DNA of 64,000 nucleotides from Rhodobacteraceae bacterium HLUCCO07. GTDB taxonomy: Bacteria; Pseudomonadota; Alphaproteobacteria; Rhodobacterales; Rhodobacteraceae. A program made the translations under genes and the position numbers. Shown here one piece after another: positions 26,422 through 33,652 of this stretch (its first letter is position 1; each line of letters begins with the position of its first letter). The notes under the pieces are model-generated. The model searched no databases. It worked only from the letters and a program-made list of their open reading frames with translations, and was not told the DNA's origin. The stretch spans positions 6,505-70,504 of the forward strand of contig LJSU01000015.1 in the NCBI GenBank assembly GCA_001314705.1, read 5' to 3'.

Positions 26422-26723
26422 TGGATGACACTCCCCAGGCGGTGGATACGCGGACGCTGAAATTCCTGCGCGTCCTGGTCACGGTCCTGACCGCGACGAT
26501 GATCGTGGGTGTTCTAGTCATCATCACGCTCCTTGTCATCAGGCTCCAGACCAGCCCTCCGCCCCTGCCCGAACGGATCACCCTGCCCGAGGGTGCGAAG
26601 GCAGTGGCCTTTACCCAGTCCGAAACATGGTATGGCGTGGTGACCGAGGATGACCGCATCCTGATCTACAGCCCCGACACCGGTGCTCTGGTTCAGGAGA
26701 TCGAGATCACGACCGGGGAATGA
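26421..26723 (+). CDS. small single-pass membrane protein, conserved hypothetical
   Basis: ORF 26322..26723. ATG 26421 gives MDDTPQAVDTRTLKFLRVLVTVLTATMIVGVLVIITLLVI (TM helix) followed by a soluble ~55 aa tail. Strong third-position GC. The upstream part of the ORF is antisense to rluD. Confidence 0.55.
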   Translation: MDDTPQAVDTRTLKFLRVLVTVLTATMIVGVLVIITLLVIRLQTSPPPLPERITLPEGAKAVAFTQSETWYGVVTEDDRILIYSPDTGALVQEIEITTGE

Positions 26724-26800
26724 TGGTACCGCCTCCCTGGCTTGAACAGGGGACCTCTGGATCCACAATCCAGCGCTCTAACCAACTGAGCTAAGGCGGC
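26724..26800 (-). tRNA. tRNA-His (anticodon GUG)
   Basis: Minus strand GCCGCCU-UA-GCUC-AGUUGGUUA-GAGC-G-CUGGA-UUGUGGA-UCCAG-AGGUC-CCCUG-UUCAAGC-CAGGG-AGGCGGU-A-CCA. This is a full cloverleaf of 77 nt with an encoded CCA. Confidence 0.95.
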
Positions 26801-26810
26801 ACTGGGGGGC

Positions 26811-26839
26811 GATTTAGCTTTGTGCGGGCCCAAATGCAA
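26811..26839 (-). promoter_or_regulatory. candidate sigma-70 promoter of tRNA-His
   Basis: The minus strand reads TTGCAT (26839-26834), a 17 nt spacer, then TAAATC (26816-26811). The hexamer ends 10 nt before the mature tRNA 5' end. Confidence 0.4.
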
Positions 26840-26885
26840 GGGGGTTATGGCCCGTTGCGCGGAATCGGATCACCCTGCCCGACCC

Positions 26886-26911
26886 TTGTCTCTTTCTTGG
26901 CAAAAATACTC
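26886..26911 (-). repeat. copy of the intergenic motif GAGTATTTTTSCCAAGAAAGA(GACAA)
   Basis: The minus strand reads GAGTATTTTTGCCAAGAAAGAGACAA. It matches the 58290 copy at 25 of 26 positions. Confidence 0.6.
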
Positions 26912-26955
26912 ATGTTCCCACCCTCCGGGATCGCATGACGGGGTCGGTACGGCCC

Positions 26956-27013
26956 CTTGCCCCGGCACGGGCGGCGGCGGGTGGGTGGGCGGGGCCGCCC
27001 GTGCCGGGGCAAG
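26956..27013. repeat. perfect 20-bp inverted repeat with a G-tract loop, 13 nt past the GNAT stop
   Basis: CTTGCCCCGGCACGGGCGGC (26956-26975) pairs perfectly with GCCGCCCGTGCCGGGGCAAG (26994-27013). The G-run GGGTGGGTGGGCGGGG (26979-26994) fills the 18-nt loop (26976-26993) and runs 1 nt into the 3' arm. No U-run follows on either strand. Confidence 0.7.
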
Positions 27014-27026
27014 CCCGGAATGTCGC

Positions 27027-27509
27027 CTAGAGGTCGATTTCCCATTCCTGCTCGACCAGGTCGACACCGAAGGCGCGCACGGGTTTCGACGAAACGCGGC
27101 GCCAGCCGGTGCGGGCATAAAGGACACAGGCCGCGCGGTGGCTTTCATGGGTCCAGAGCCGCATCTGCCGATAGCCCCGGTCGCGCGCATAAGCCATGCA
27201 GGTGTCGAGCAGATGGCGCCCGAGCCCCCTGCCCCGCGCCTCGGGCAAAAGAAGGAAAAGCCGCAGTTTCGCGGTCGTTTCATCCTGCCGCACACAGAAG
27301 ATCGAGCCCAGCCTTTGCCCACCCTCTTCGGCGATCCAGCCACGTTCGCAGGCGGGATCCTGGCCGCGGATGAAATCGGCCAGGATCTCGGCCACGAGCG
27401 CCGCGAAAGTCCGGTCAAAGCCCTCGTCGCGCGCATAAAGCACGCCGTGCTGCTCGACCAGCCAATCGGCGTCGCCGGTCTCGAAATCTCGCAGGATCAC
27501 GTCGTTCAT
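27027..27509 (-). CDS. GNAT family N-acetyltransferase
   Basis: 160 aa. LRLFLLLPEARGRGLGRHLLDTCMAYARDRGYRQMRLWT carries the acetyl-CoA binding R/Q-x-x-G-x-G motif. Confidence 0.85.
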   Translation of the reverse strand: MNDVILRDFETGDADWLVEQHGVLYARDEGFDRTFAALVAEILADFIRGQDPACERGWIAEEGGQRLGSIFCVRQDETTAKLRLFLLLPEARGRGLGRHLLDTCMAYARDRGYRQMRLWTHESHRAACVLYARTGWRRVSSKPVRAFGVDLVEQEWEIDL

Positions 27510-27607
27510 GGGGGCCGAGATTGCGCCCGCGGGTCTTGCATCGCAAGGGCAAACTCGCTAGCTGCAAACGTCGCATCCCGAAGCGACAACATCACGAGGG
27601 CACCGCC

Positions 27608-27796
27608 ATGGGCATCAACGACGAACGCGACATCGAGGCAAATCTGCAGATCGGCCCGACCGACACGGGCATGGTGCGGCTCTTCGTCGAGGCGGGCAGC
27701 ACAGAGATCCCGATGGATTTCGAACCCGAAGAAGCCGAGGAGATCGCCGAGGAAATCATGGCCGCCGCCCGCGCGGCCCGGGCACGCAAGAAGTAG
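27608..27796 (+). CDS. small acidic hypothetical protein (62 aa)
   Basis: ORF 27521..27796. ATG 27608 is preceded by GAGGG. MGINDERDIEANLQIGPTDTGMVRLFVEAGSTEIPMDFEPEEAEEIAEEIMAAARAARARKK. No family recognised. Confidence 0.5.
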   Translation: MGINDERDIEANLQIGPTDTGMVRLFVEAGSTEIPMDFEPEEAEEIAEEIMAAARAARARKK

Positions 27797-27811
27797 GAGC
27801 CGGCGCGCGGC

Positions 27812-28258
27812 TCACACCCGCGGATCGCGCAATCCCTGCAACCGGCGTGCCGCCTGTCTGGCGAATCGCAGGGTGAGCGCCTTGCGCCGGGCGGGGGGCA
27901 GCTTCTCTTCGGGGCCCATGCGGATCAGTTCGGCACTGTAGGCATCGGCGATGATCAGCCCGGTGTCATCGGGCAAGAGCTCGGTCGGGAAATCCACGTC
28001 CACCGCCCAGAAATAGCGGTCGCACCATTCCAGGTAGCCGTTCCATTTCCGGTCCGAAGTGAAATCGACGCGGCTCGACTTGCATTCGATCACCCAGATC
28101 TCGCCCCTGGGGCCAAGTGCCATCACGTCGACGCGCTTGCCACGCTCGGGCGTGAATTCCTCGATCGTCGCGAAATCGTGGCTCCAGAGATGACGGCACA
28201 CGCCGCGCGCGAGAAGCTGGCCGGGCTGAAGCGGATCGGTAAGCAACGGATCGGTCAT
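27812..28258 (-). CDS. MmcB-family DNA repair protein (PD-(D/E)xK nuclease fold)
   Basis: ORF 27812..28360. RVDVMALGPRGEIWVIECKSSRVDFTSDRKWNGYLEWCDRYFWAV fits the D...E-x-K nuclease core of the MmcB family. Start at ATG 28258. Confidence 0.7.
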   Translation of the reverse strand: MTDPLLTDPLQPGQLLARGVCRHLWSHDFATIEEFTPERGKRVDVMALGPRGEIWVIECKSSRVDFTSDRKWNGYLEWCDRYFWAVDVDFPTELLPDDTGLIIADAYSAELIRMGPEEKLPPARRKALTLRFARQAARRLQGLRDPRV

Positions 28259-28373
28259 GCGCAAACTATGAACAAAAGATGAACACGAAGCAAGCCCGGT
28301 CAGGAACTGCCGGTCAGGCAGGTGATGGGATTTGCCCCTTGCCGAGCGCCCCCGTGGCACCTAGGTAGGAGTT

Positions 28374-28535
28374 GGCGGTTCTGCCCCTCTCGTGACACGG
28401 TTGCATTCCGGTGGCCTTAAATACTTCCGAGGGAGCTGGCTCTGTCGTGGTCCTGGCCTCGTTACCTGGCGCCCACCTGTGCAAACAGGTCCTCGGGAAT
28501 GAGATAACCCCACGGTCCGGGTGGTTCCGCCGCTT
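28374..28535 (+). ncRNA. candidate structured small RNA, 6S RNA-like rod (family unconfirmed)
   Basis: A 343-nt gap without a credible ORF. Positions 28374-28409 pair with 28496-28531 in five successive helices (25 bp, three of them G-U), separated by small internal loops. There is a GNRA hairpin ACCUGU-GCAA-ACAGGU at 28475-28490. TTGCCG-N17-TAGGTA lies just upstream and a terminator just downstream. The strand assignment rests on the promoter and terminator. Confidence 0.45.
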
Positions 28536-28551
28536 TTCCCACCCCCAAACG

Positions 28552-28578
28552 AAAAACGCACCCCGAGGGGTGCGTTTT
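28552..28578. terminator. bidirectional intrinsic terminator
   Basis: AAAAACGCACCC-CGAG-GGGTGCGTTTT, an A-run and a T-run flanking an 8-bp GC-rich stem. It serves the candidate RNA (+) and the converging membrane-protein gene (-). Confidence 0.7.
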
Positions 28579-28601
28579 CGCAAGTCGAACGATCCGGTTC
28601 G

Positions 28602-28925
28602 TCAGTTGCGGCGCGGCTTGCCCGCCGGCACGCGCACCAGCACCGGCTCGCGTTCGGGCGGCGTGACCCGTTCGCGCAGGCCGCCACCGGGACCGTCGTC
28701 ATCGTCATCCTTCATCCGCATGACCGCGATGCCGAACTGAACACCGGCAAAGATGACTCCGTTGGAGATCCACAGGATCAGCACGGCGAGCCAGCCCATG
28801 TCGGAATGAGTCACGAGGTGCCACAGGTTGGCGATATTGAAATAAAGCAGCATCACGACGAAACCCGCCGCGATGGCAAAGCCGATCAATACGTTGATGA
28901 TATACATCCGGATAAGTTTCGGCAT
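28602..28925 (-). CDS. small hydrophobic membrane protein with an acidic DDDDD tail
   Basis: 107 aa with three predicted TM helices (YIINVLIGFAIAAGFVVMLLYF, WLAVLILWISNGVIFAGVQFGIAV). Confidence 0.6.
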   Translation of the reverse strand: MPKLIRMYIINVLIGFAIAAGFVVMLLYFNIANLWHLVTHSDMGWLAVLILWISNGVIFAGVQFGIAVMRMKDDDDDGPGGGLRERVTPPEREPVLVRVPAGKPRRN

Positions 28926-29052
28926 GAAATGCCCCTTTCCTTTTCTTCAGTCAAAGGTAGCCGATATTGGAACATCTTCAAGGGCCATGGGCGCACGCGG
29001 CAGTAAACGGCCAATATGACGCGGCTATCACGCAGCCGACATTCACGAAACC

Positions 29053-29898
29053 CTAGCCGAGCGTGACCGGCTGCACCCACCAGCCGGGATGAGCCGCACG
29101 AATCACCTCTGCTGCGGCGCCCGCCTCGCCACCGGTGTCGTAGATCGCGAACACCGTCGCGCCCGAGCCGGACATGCGCACCAGATGCGCCCCTGCCGTG
29201 GCGCGCAGCGCGTCGAGCGCGATGCCGACAAGCGGCGAAAGCGCGCGCGCCGGGACTTCGAGATCGTTGCGCATGGTCGCAAGCCAACCGGCCATGGCGC
29301 GCGGGGTCGCAAAGCGCGGCAGGCTCTCGGGCATGGGCGGGTTGTCGTGGTGTTCAAGCCCGGCAAAGACCCGAGCGGTGGACAATTCGACACCCGGATT
29401 GACCAGAAGCGCCGGCAACGCCGGAGCGCCGTCATATGGGGTGAGCCGCTCCCCCACACCGCGCATCCGCACCGCGCGCCCGAAAAGGCAGGCCGGCACA
29501 TCCGCGCCCAGCCGCTCCGCGTCATCGGGCAGAGCCTGCCCGGACAGCGCGGCAAGGGCCCGCAACGCGGCCGCGGCATCCGACGATCCGCCCCCGATGC
29601 CCGCCGCGGCCGGAAGGTGTTTTTCCAGCGCGATCGCCGCGTTCACCCCCATATGCGCCGCCGCCCTGAGCGCGAGGTTGTCCCCGTCCAGCGGCACACC
29701 CGCCGTCATCGGCCCGGTGACGGTCAACACGGGCGCATCGGCCAATGCCACGCCGAGCCGGTCGCCCAGATCGGCGAACATCACCAGGCTGTCGAGCAGG
29801 TGATACCCATCCGCGCGCTGCCCGGTCACATGCAGGGTGAGGTTGATCTTTGCCGGCGCGAGCGCCTCGGCGACGCTCCGGCTGGCCTCACTCGCCAT
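29053..29898 (-). CDS. ispE: 4-diphosphocytidyl-2-C-methyl-D-erythritol kinase
   Basis: ORF 29053..30078. APAKINLTLHVTGQRADGYHLLDSLV and the GHMP motif PAAAGIGGGSSDAAAALRAL. Start at ATG 29898 overlaps the upstream TPR gene by 11 nt. Confidence 0.85.
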   Translation of the reverse strand: MASEASRSVAEALAPAKINLTLHVTGQRADGYHLLDSLVMFADLGDRLGVALADAPVLTVTGPMTAGVPLDGDNLALRAAAHMGVNAAIALEKHLPAAAGIGGGSSDAAAALRALAALSGQALPDDAERLGADVPACLFGRAVRMRGVGERLTPYDGAPALPALLVNPGVELSTARVFAGLEHHDNPPMPESLPRFATPRAMAGWLATMRNDLEVPARALSPLVGIALDALRATAGAHLVRMSGSGATVFAIYDTGGEAGAAAEVIRAAHPGWWVQPVTLG

Positions 29899-31597
29899 CG
29901 GCCACGCGCAGCGGCTTGGCACCTTCTTCCTCGAGGACCTGATCCAGCCCGACCTCGATCTTGCGGCGGATCCGGTCGGGATCGGCATCTTCGGTGGCAT
30001 CGCCGTATTCGATGAAGGAAAGCGCGCGCCGCCACTGGAATTCTGCCTCGCGGAAACGCCCGACCGCCCAATAGACATCGCCCAGGTGGTCGTTCACGAT
30101 GGGATCGACCGGCATCAACTCGATCGCGCGCTCCATGTGGCCCACCGCCTCGTCATAGCGGCCAAGCCGATAGAGCGCCCAGCCGAGGCTGTCGACGATA
30201 TAGCCCGAGTCGGGCCGCTCGGCGACGGCCTCTTCGATCATGGCCAATGCCTCGTCGAGATTCTCGCGGCGTTCGACCAGCGAGTAGCCCAGGTAGTTGA
30301 GCACCTCGGGCCGCCCCGGGTTGAGTTCGAGCGCCTTGCGGAAATCGGCCTCGGCCGCAGGCCAGTCCTTGATCCGTTCGTGACAGATGCCGCGCGCATA
30401 ATAGAGGAACCACTGGCTCTCGTCCTCCTGGGCAAACCCCTCCAACGCGCGATCATAGGCCGCCGCGGCCTCTTCATAGCGGTCGAGCGTGCGCATCAGG
30501 TCGCCCAGCGCGCTGTGAACCGCCGGCAGATCGCCATGGGTCTCGGACAGGCGGGTGAGAACCTCGATCGCGGCGTCGGGTTTTCCCGCACGGCGCAGCG
30601 TGTCGGCCCGGCCCAGTTCGGCGGCGTGAAACGCGCTGTGTTCCCGCGGCACCTTGCGGTAACTGTCGGCGGCCAGTTCATGCTGATCGAGGCTTTCCAG
30701 GATCTCCGCCGTCAGCAGGATTGCATCGACATGATCGGGGCGCAGGTATTCGGACAGGCGCGCGAACAGGATCGTGTCGTCGTCACGGGCCTCGCCCCGC
30801 AACGCCTCGGCCACGGCATGAAGCACCTCGGACATGCCGTCGCGCGGGCTCGACACGATATCGAAAGGCAGGGTTTCCCCCGCCTCGAGCGCATCGCGCA
30901 TCGCGGAGAGTTCGGGATCGAGACCCTGACCGAAAACCTCGTCGAGAACGGCGATCGCATCGCCGTTGCGGTCAAGCTGGCTGAGCACCTGCACGCGTGC
31001 CATCACGCCGCGACGGGTCTGCATCGCCGATCCGGGGCCACTCTGGCCAAGAATCTCCTCGGCGCTTTCCAGGTCGCCCACCAGCGCCAGCGCAAGCGCC
31101 TTGTGATAAAGTGCGAAACTGCGCTGCCCGCGATCCTTGGCCACCTCGTCGAAGGCGACGACCGCATCGGCCATCGCCCCCTTGCCCAGATGCGCCCAAC
31201 CCTTGATCAACCCGTCGACCAGCGGCCCGATGCCGCGCTCATCGGCGATCCGCTCGAGGATGTCGTCATACCGGTCGTTCGACGCCTCGTCCGCCAGGAG
31301 CACCATATGTGCAAGCTGACTGCGCAGTTCCTGCTCTTCCATCGAGCGCGCCACCGGCAGGGCACGATCGACCCGACCCAGCGACAGGTTGGCAAGCACG
31401 ACCGACTCCATCAGTGACGGATTGCCCGGATCACGCGTGAGCGCCTGCGTATAGTAGAGCGCCGCATTCTCGAAATCGCCCAGGTACCGCGCCTGGCGCC
31501 CGGCAAGATAGGACCCCACCAACCCCTCGGCCACGGCGGGTGCCGCCCCGAGTTGCATGACAAGCGCCAGAGTTGCTGCCCATTTCGATACGGTCAT
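29888..31597 (-). CDS. tetratricopeptide-repeat protein, secreted
   Basis: ORF 29888..31672. Signal peptide MTVSKWAATLALVMQLGAAPAVA at ATG 31597, and multiple TPR units (AEADFRKALELNPGRPEVLNYLGYSL, YDEAVGHMERAIEL). The TPR-ispE pairing is common in alphaproteobacteria. Confidence 0.75.
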   Translation of the reverse strand: MTVSKWAATLALVMQLGAAPAVAEGLVGSYLAGRQARYLGDFENAALYYTQALTRDPGNPSLMESVVLANLSLGRVDRALPVARSMEEQELRSQLAHMVLLADEASNDRYDDILERIADERGIGPLVDGLIKGWAHLGKGAMADAVVAFDEVAKDRGQRSFALYHKALALALVGDLESAEEILGQSGPGSAMQTRRGVMARVQVLSQLDRNGDAIAVLDEVFGQGLDPELSAMRDALEAGETLPFDIVSSPRDGMSEVLHAVAEALRGEARDDDTILFARLSEYLRPDHVDAILLTAEILESLDQHELAADSYRKVPREHSAFHAAELGRADTLRRAGKPDAAIEVLTRLSETHGDLPAVHSALGDLMRTLDRYEEAAAAYDRALEGFAQEDESQWFLYYARGICHERIKDWPAAEADFRKALELNPGRPEVLNYLGYSLVERRENLDEALAMIEEAVAERPDSGYIVDSLGWALYRLGRYDEAVGHMERAIELMPVDPIVNDHLGDVYWAVGRFREAEFQWRRALSFIEYGDATEDADPDRIRRKIEVGLDQVLEEEGAKPLRVADGE

Positions 31598-31727
31598 TGA
31601 TCGCCCAGCCTTTCGCCCGTGGAATTGCAGCGTCAGACTAACCGACCTTGCGCCAAACGCAATGCGGCGCATCCACGCCTTGGCAAAAGCCGCGGTAACT
31701 TTCGGGTGGGGTAGGCCGTCAGCATGG

Positions 31728-31752
31728 AAACGGGGCCGCGCGGGCCCCGTTC
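31728..31752 (-). terminator. terminator-like hairpin after the ETF-QO gene
   Basis: The minus strand reads AACGGGGCC-CGCGC-GGCCCCGUU followed by UCC. It lies 15 nt past the stop and has a weak U tract. Confidence 0.4.
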
Positions 31753-31766
31753 GTCAGTAACGCGGG

Positions 31767-33410
31767 TCACATGTTGGGATAATTCGGCCCGTCACCGCCC
31801 TGCGGCGTGACCCAGTTGATGTTCTGGCTGGGGTCCTTGATGTCGCAGGTCTTGCAATGCACGCAGTTCTGGAAATTGATCACGAATTCCTGCTTGCCGT
31901 CTTTCTCGACCACTTCGTAGACCCCGGCCGGGCAGTACAGCCGGGCCGGTTCGGCGTATTTCGGCACGTTGACCGAGATCGGCACCGACGGGTCCTTGAG
32001 GTGCAGGTGGCAGGGCTGGCTTTCCTCGTGGTTGGTCATCGAGAAGCTGACATTGGTCAGCCGGTCGAAGCTCAGTTTGCCATCGGGCTTGGGATATTCG
32101 ATCGGCTTGTGCTTGTCGGCCGGTTCGGTCGCCTGCGCGTCGGTCTTGCCATGTTTCATGGTCCCGAAAAGCGAGAAACCGGCGGTGTTGCACCACATGT
32201 CGAAACCGCCCAGCGCAAGACTGGGCAGCAGGCCCCAGTTCGACCACATCGGCTTGACGTTGCGCACCTTCTTGAGGTCCTTGCCGATGGCGCCTTCGCG
32301 AACCTCCTGCTCGTACGCGGTGAGCTCGTCGCCCTCGCGGCCGGCCTGGATCGCGGCATGGGCGGCCTCGGCAGCCGCCTTGCCCGAGAGCATCGCGTTG
32401 TGATTGCCCTTGATCCGCGGAACATTGACCATGCCCACCGAACAGCCCAGCAGCGCAAGGCCGGGCACCACCATCTTGGGCATCGACTGGTATCCGCCCT
32501 CTGAAATGGCCCGCGCGCCATAGGCCACGCGCTTGCCGCCTTCCAGAAGCTCGGCCACCATCGGGTGATGCTTGAACCGCTGGAATTCCATGTAGGGGTA
32601 GAGATGCGGGTTGGCATAGTTCAGGTGGACCACGAAACCCACGTAAACCTGATTGTTATCAAGATGATAGATGAAAGACCCCCCACCCGCATTGCTGCCC
32701 AGCGGCCAACCCATCGTGTGGGTCACGGAACCTTCCTTGTGCTTGGCCGGGTCGATCTCCCAGATTTCTTTCATGCCGAGACCGAATTTCTGCGGCTCCT
32801 TTCCTTTCGAGAGGTCATATTTCGCCATCACCTCTTTCGCGAGGCTTCCGCGCACCCCCTCTGACAGGAACACGTATTTGCCATGCAGTTCCATGCCCGG
32901 CTCGGTATTCGGGCCGATGCTGCCATCGGGTTCCAGACCGAACACTCCGGCCACCACGCCCTTGATCCGGTCGCCGTCATAAACCAGTTCGGAACAAGCC
33001 ATGCCCGGGAATATCTCGACGCCGAGTTCCTCGGCCTGCTCGGCCATCCAGCGGCAGACATTGCCCATCGAGACGATGTAATTGCCGTGGTTGTTCATCA
33101 GCGGCGGCATCGGCCAGTTGGGGATGCGGATTCCGCCGGCTTCACCCAGCATGTAGAAATTGTCTTCCTTCACCGGCACGTTGAGAGGCGCGCCCTTCTC
33201 CTTCCAGTCGGGTATCAGCGCATCGAGCCCGCAGGGGTCGAGCACCGCGCCCGACAGGATATGCGCACCGACCTCCGAACCCTTCTCGAGGACGACGACA
33301 TCCAGATCGGGATCAAGCTGCTTGAGCCGGATCGCCGCGGACAGACCCGCCGGCCCCGCGCCGACGATCACCACGTCGTATTCCATCGCTTCGCGTTCGA
33401 CATCGGCCAT
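31767..33410 (-). CDS. electron transfer flavoprotein-ubiquinone oxidoreductase
   Basis: ORF 31767..33479. YDVVIVGAGPAGLSAAIRL is the FAD motif, and the C-terminal CPAGVYE...NCVHCKTCDIKDPSQNI is the 4Fe-4S motif. Start at ATG 33410 (MADVERE). Confidence 0.9.
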   Translation of the reverse strand: MADVEREAMEYDVVIVGAGPAGLSAAIRLKQLDPDLDVVVLEKGSEVGAHILSGAVLDPCGLDALIPDWKEKGAPLNVPVKEDNFYMLGEAGGIRIPNWPMPPLMNNHGNYIVSMGNVCRWMAEQAEELGVEIFPGMACSELVYDGDRIKGVVAGVFGLEPDGSIGPNTEPGMELHGKYVFLSEGVRGSLAKEVMAKYDLSKGKEPQKFGLGMKEIWEIDPAKHKEGSVTHTMGWPLGSNAGGGSFIYHLDNNQVYVGFVVHLNYANPHLYPYMEFQRFKHHPMVAELLEGGKRVAYGARAISEGGYQSMPKMVVPGLALLGCSVGMVNVPRIKGNHNAMLSGKAAAEAAHAAIQAGREGDELTAYEQEVREGAIGKDLKKVRNVKPMWSNWGLLPSLALGGFDMWCNTAGFSLFGTMKHGKTDAQATEPADKHKPIEYPKPDGKLSFDRLTNVSFSMTNHEESQPCHLHLKDPSVPISVNVPKYAEPARLYCPAGVYEVVEKDGKQEFVINFQNCVHCKTCDIKDPSQNINWVTPQGGDGPNYPNM

Positions 33411-33652
33411 GTGCGGCTCCTCTTCTGAGTGGCAAAGACACTTCAGCGCTGGATACACGGGGGGGCCAAGTCGCGTCAATCGCGACAGGACGTCACCTCC
33501 CCGAGAAAGTGGTGCGGGCGTGCCGGCCCGACCGGTTGCGCGCGAGACCGACGTGACCTATTGCAATCAAAGCGCCATTGAAGGCAGTGTATTGGGAACG
33601 AACGGGGTAGGCGAGATCATCGTCGCCCCCATTTTAATGTGGAATGACGATC

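Noticed and set aside
26886-26911. Read the recurring motif as a sigma-54 promoter (TTGGCA-N5-...), a sigma-70 promoter, an IscR/Iron-Rhodo half-site or a RirA TGA-N9-TCA box.
   Set aside because: No copy has a GC element at the -12 spacing, a usable -10 at 16-18 nt, a partner ATACTC half-site, or the TCA half of an IRO box.
28259-28601. Tested whether the non-coding gap is tmRNA, RNase P RNA, SRP RNA or a riboswitch (glycine, guanidine-I, ZTP, cobalamin).
   Set aside because: There is no UCCACCA acceptor end or T-arm and no Ala-Asn-Asp-type tag frame. The RNase P GGAAAGUCCGG / ACAGAA blocks are absent. The SRP GGAAGGAAGCAGC motif is absent. Resemblance to the riboswitch cores is only fragmentary, and no appropriate regulated gene lies downstream.
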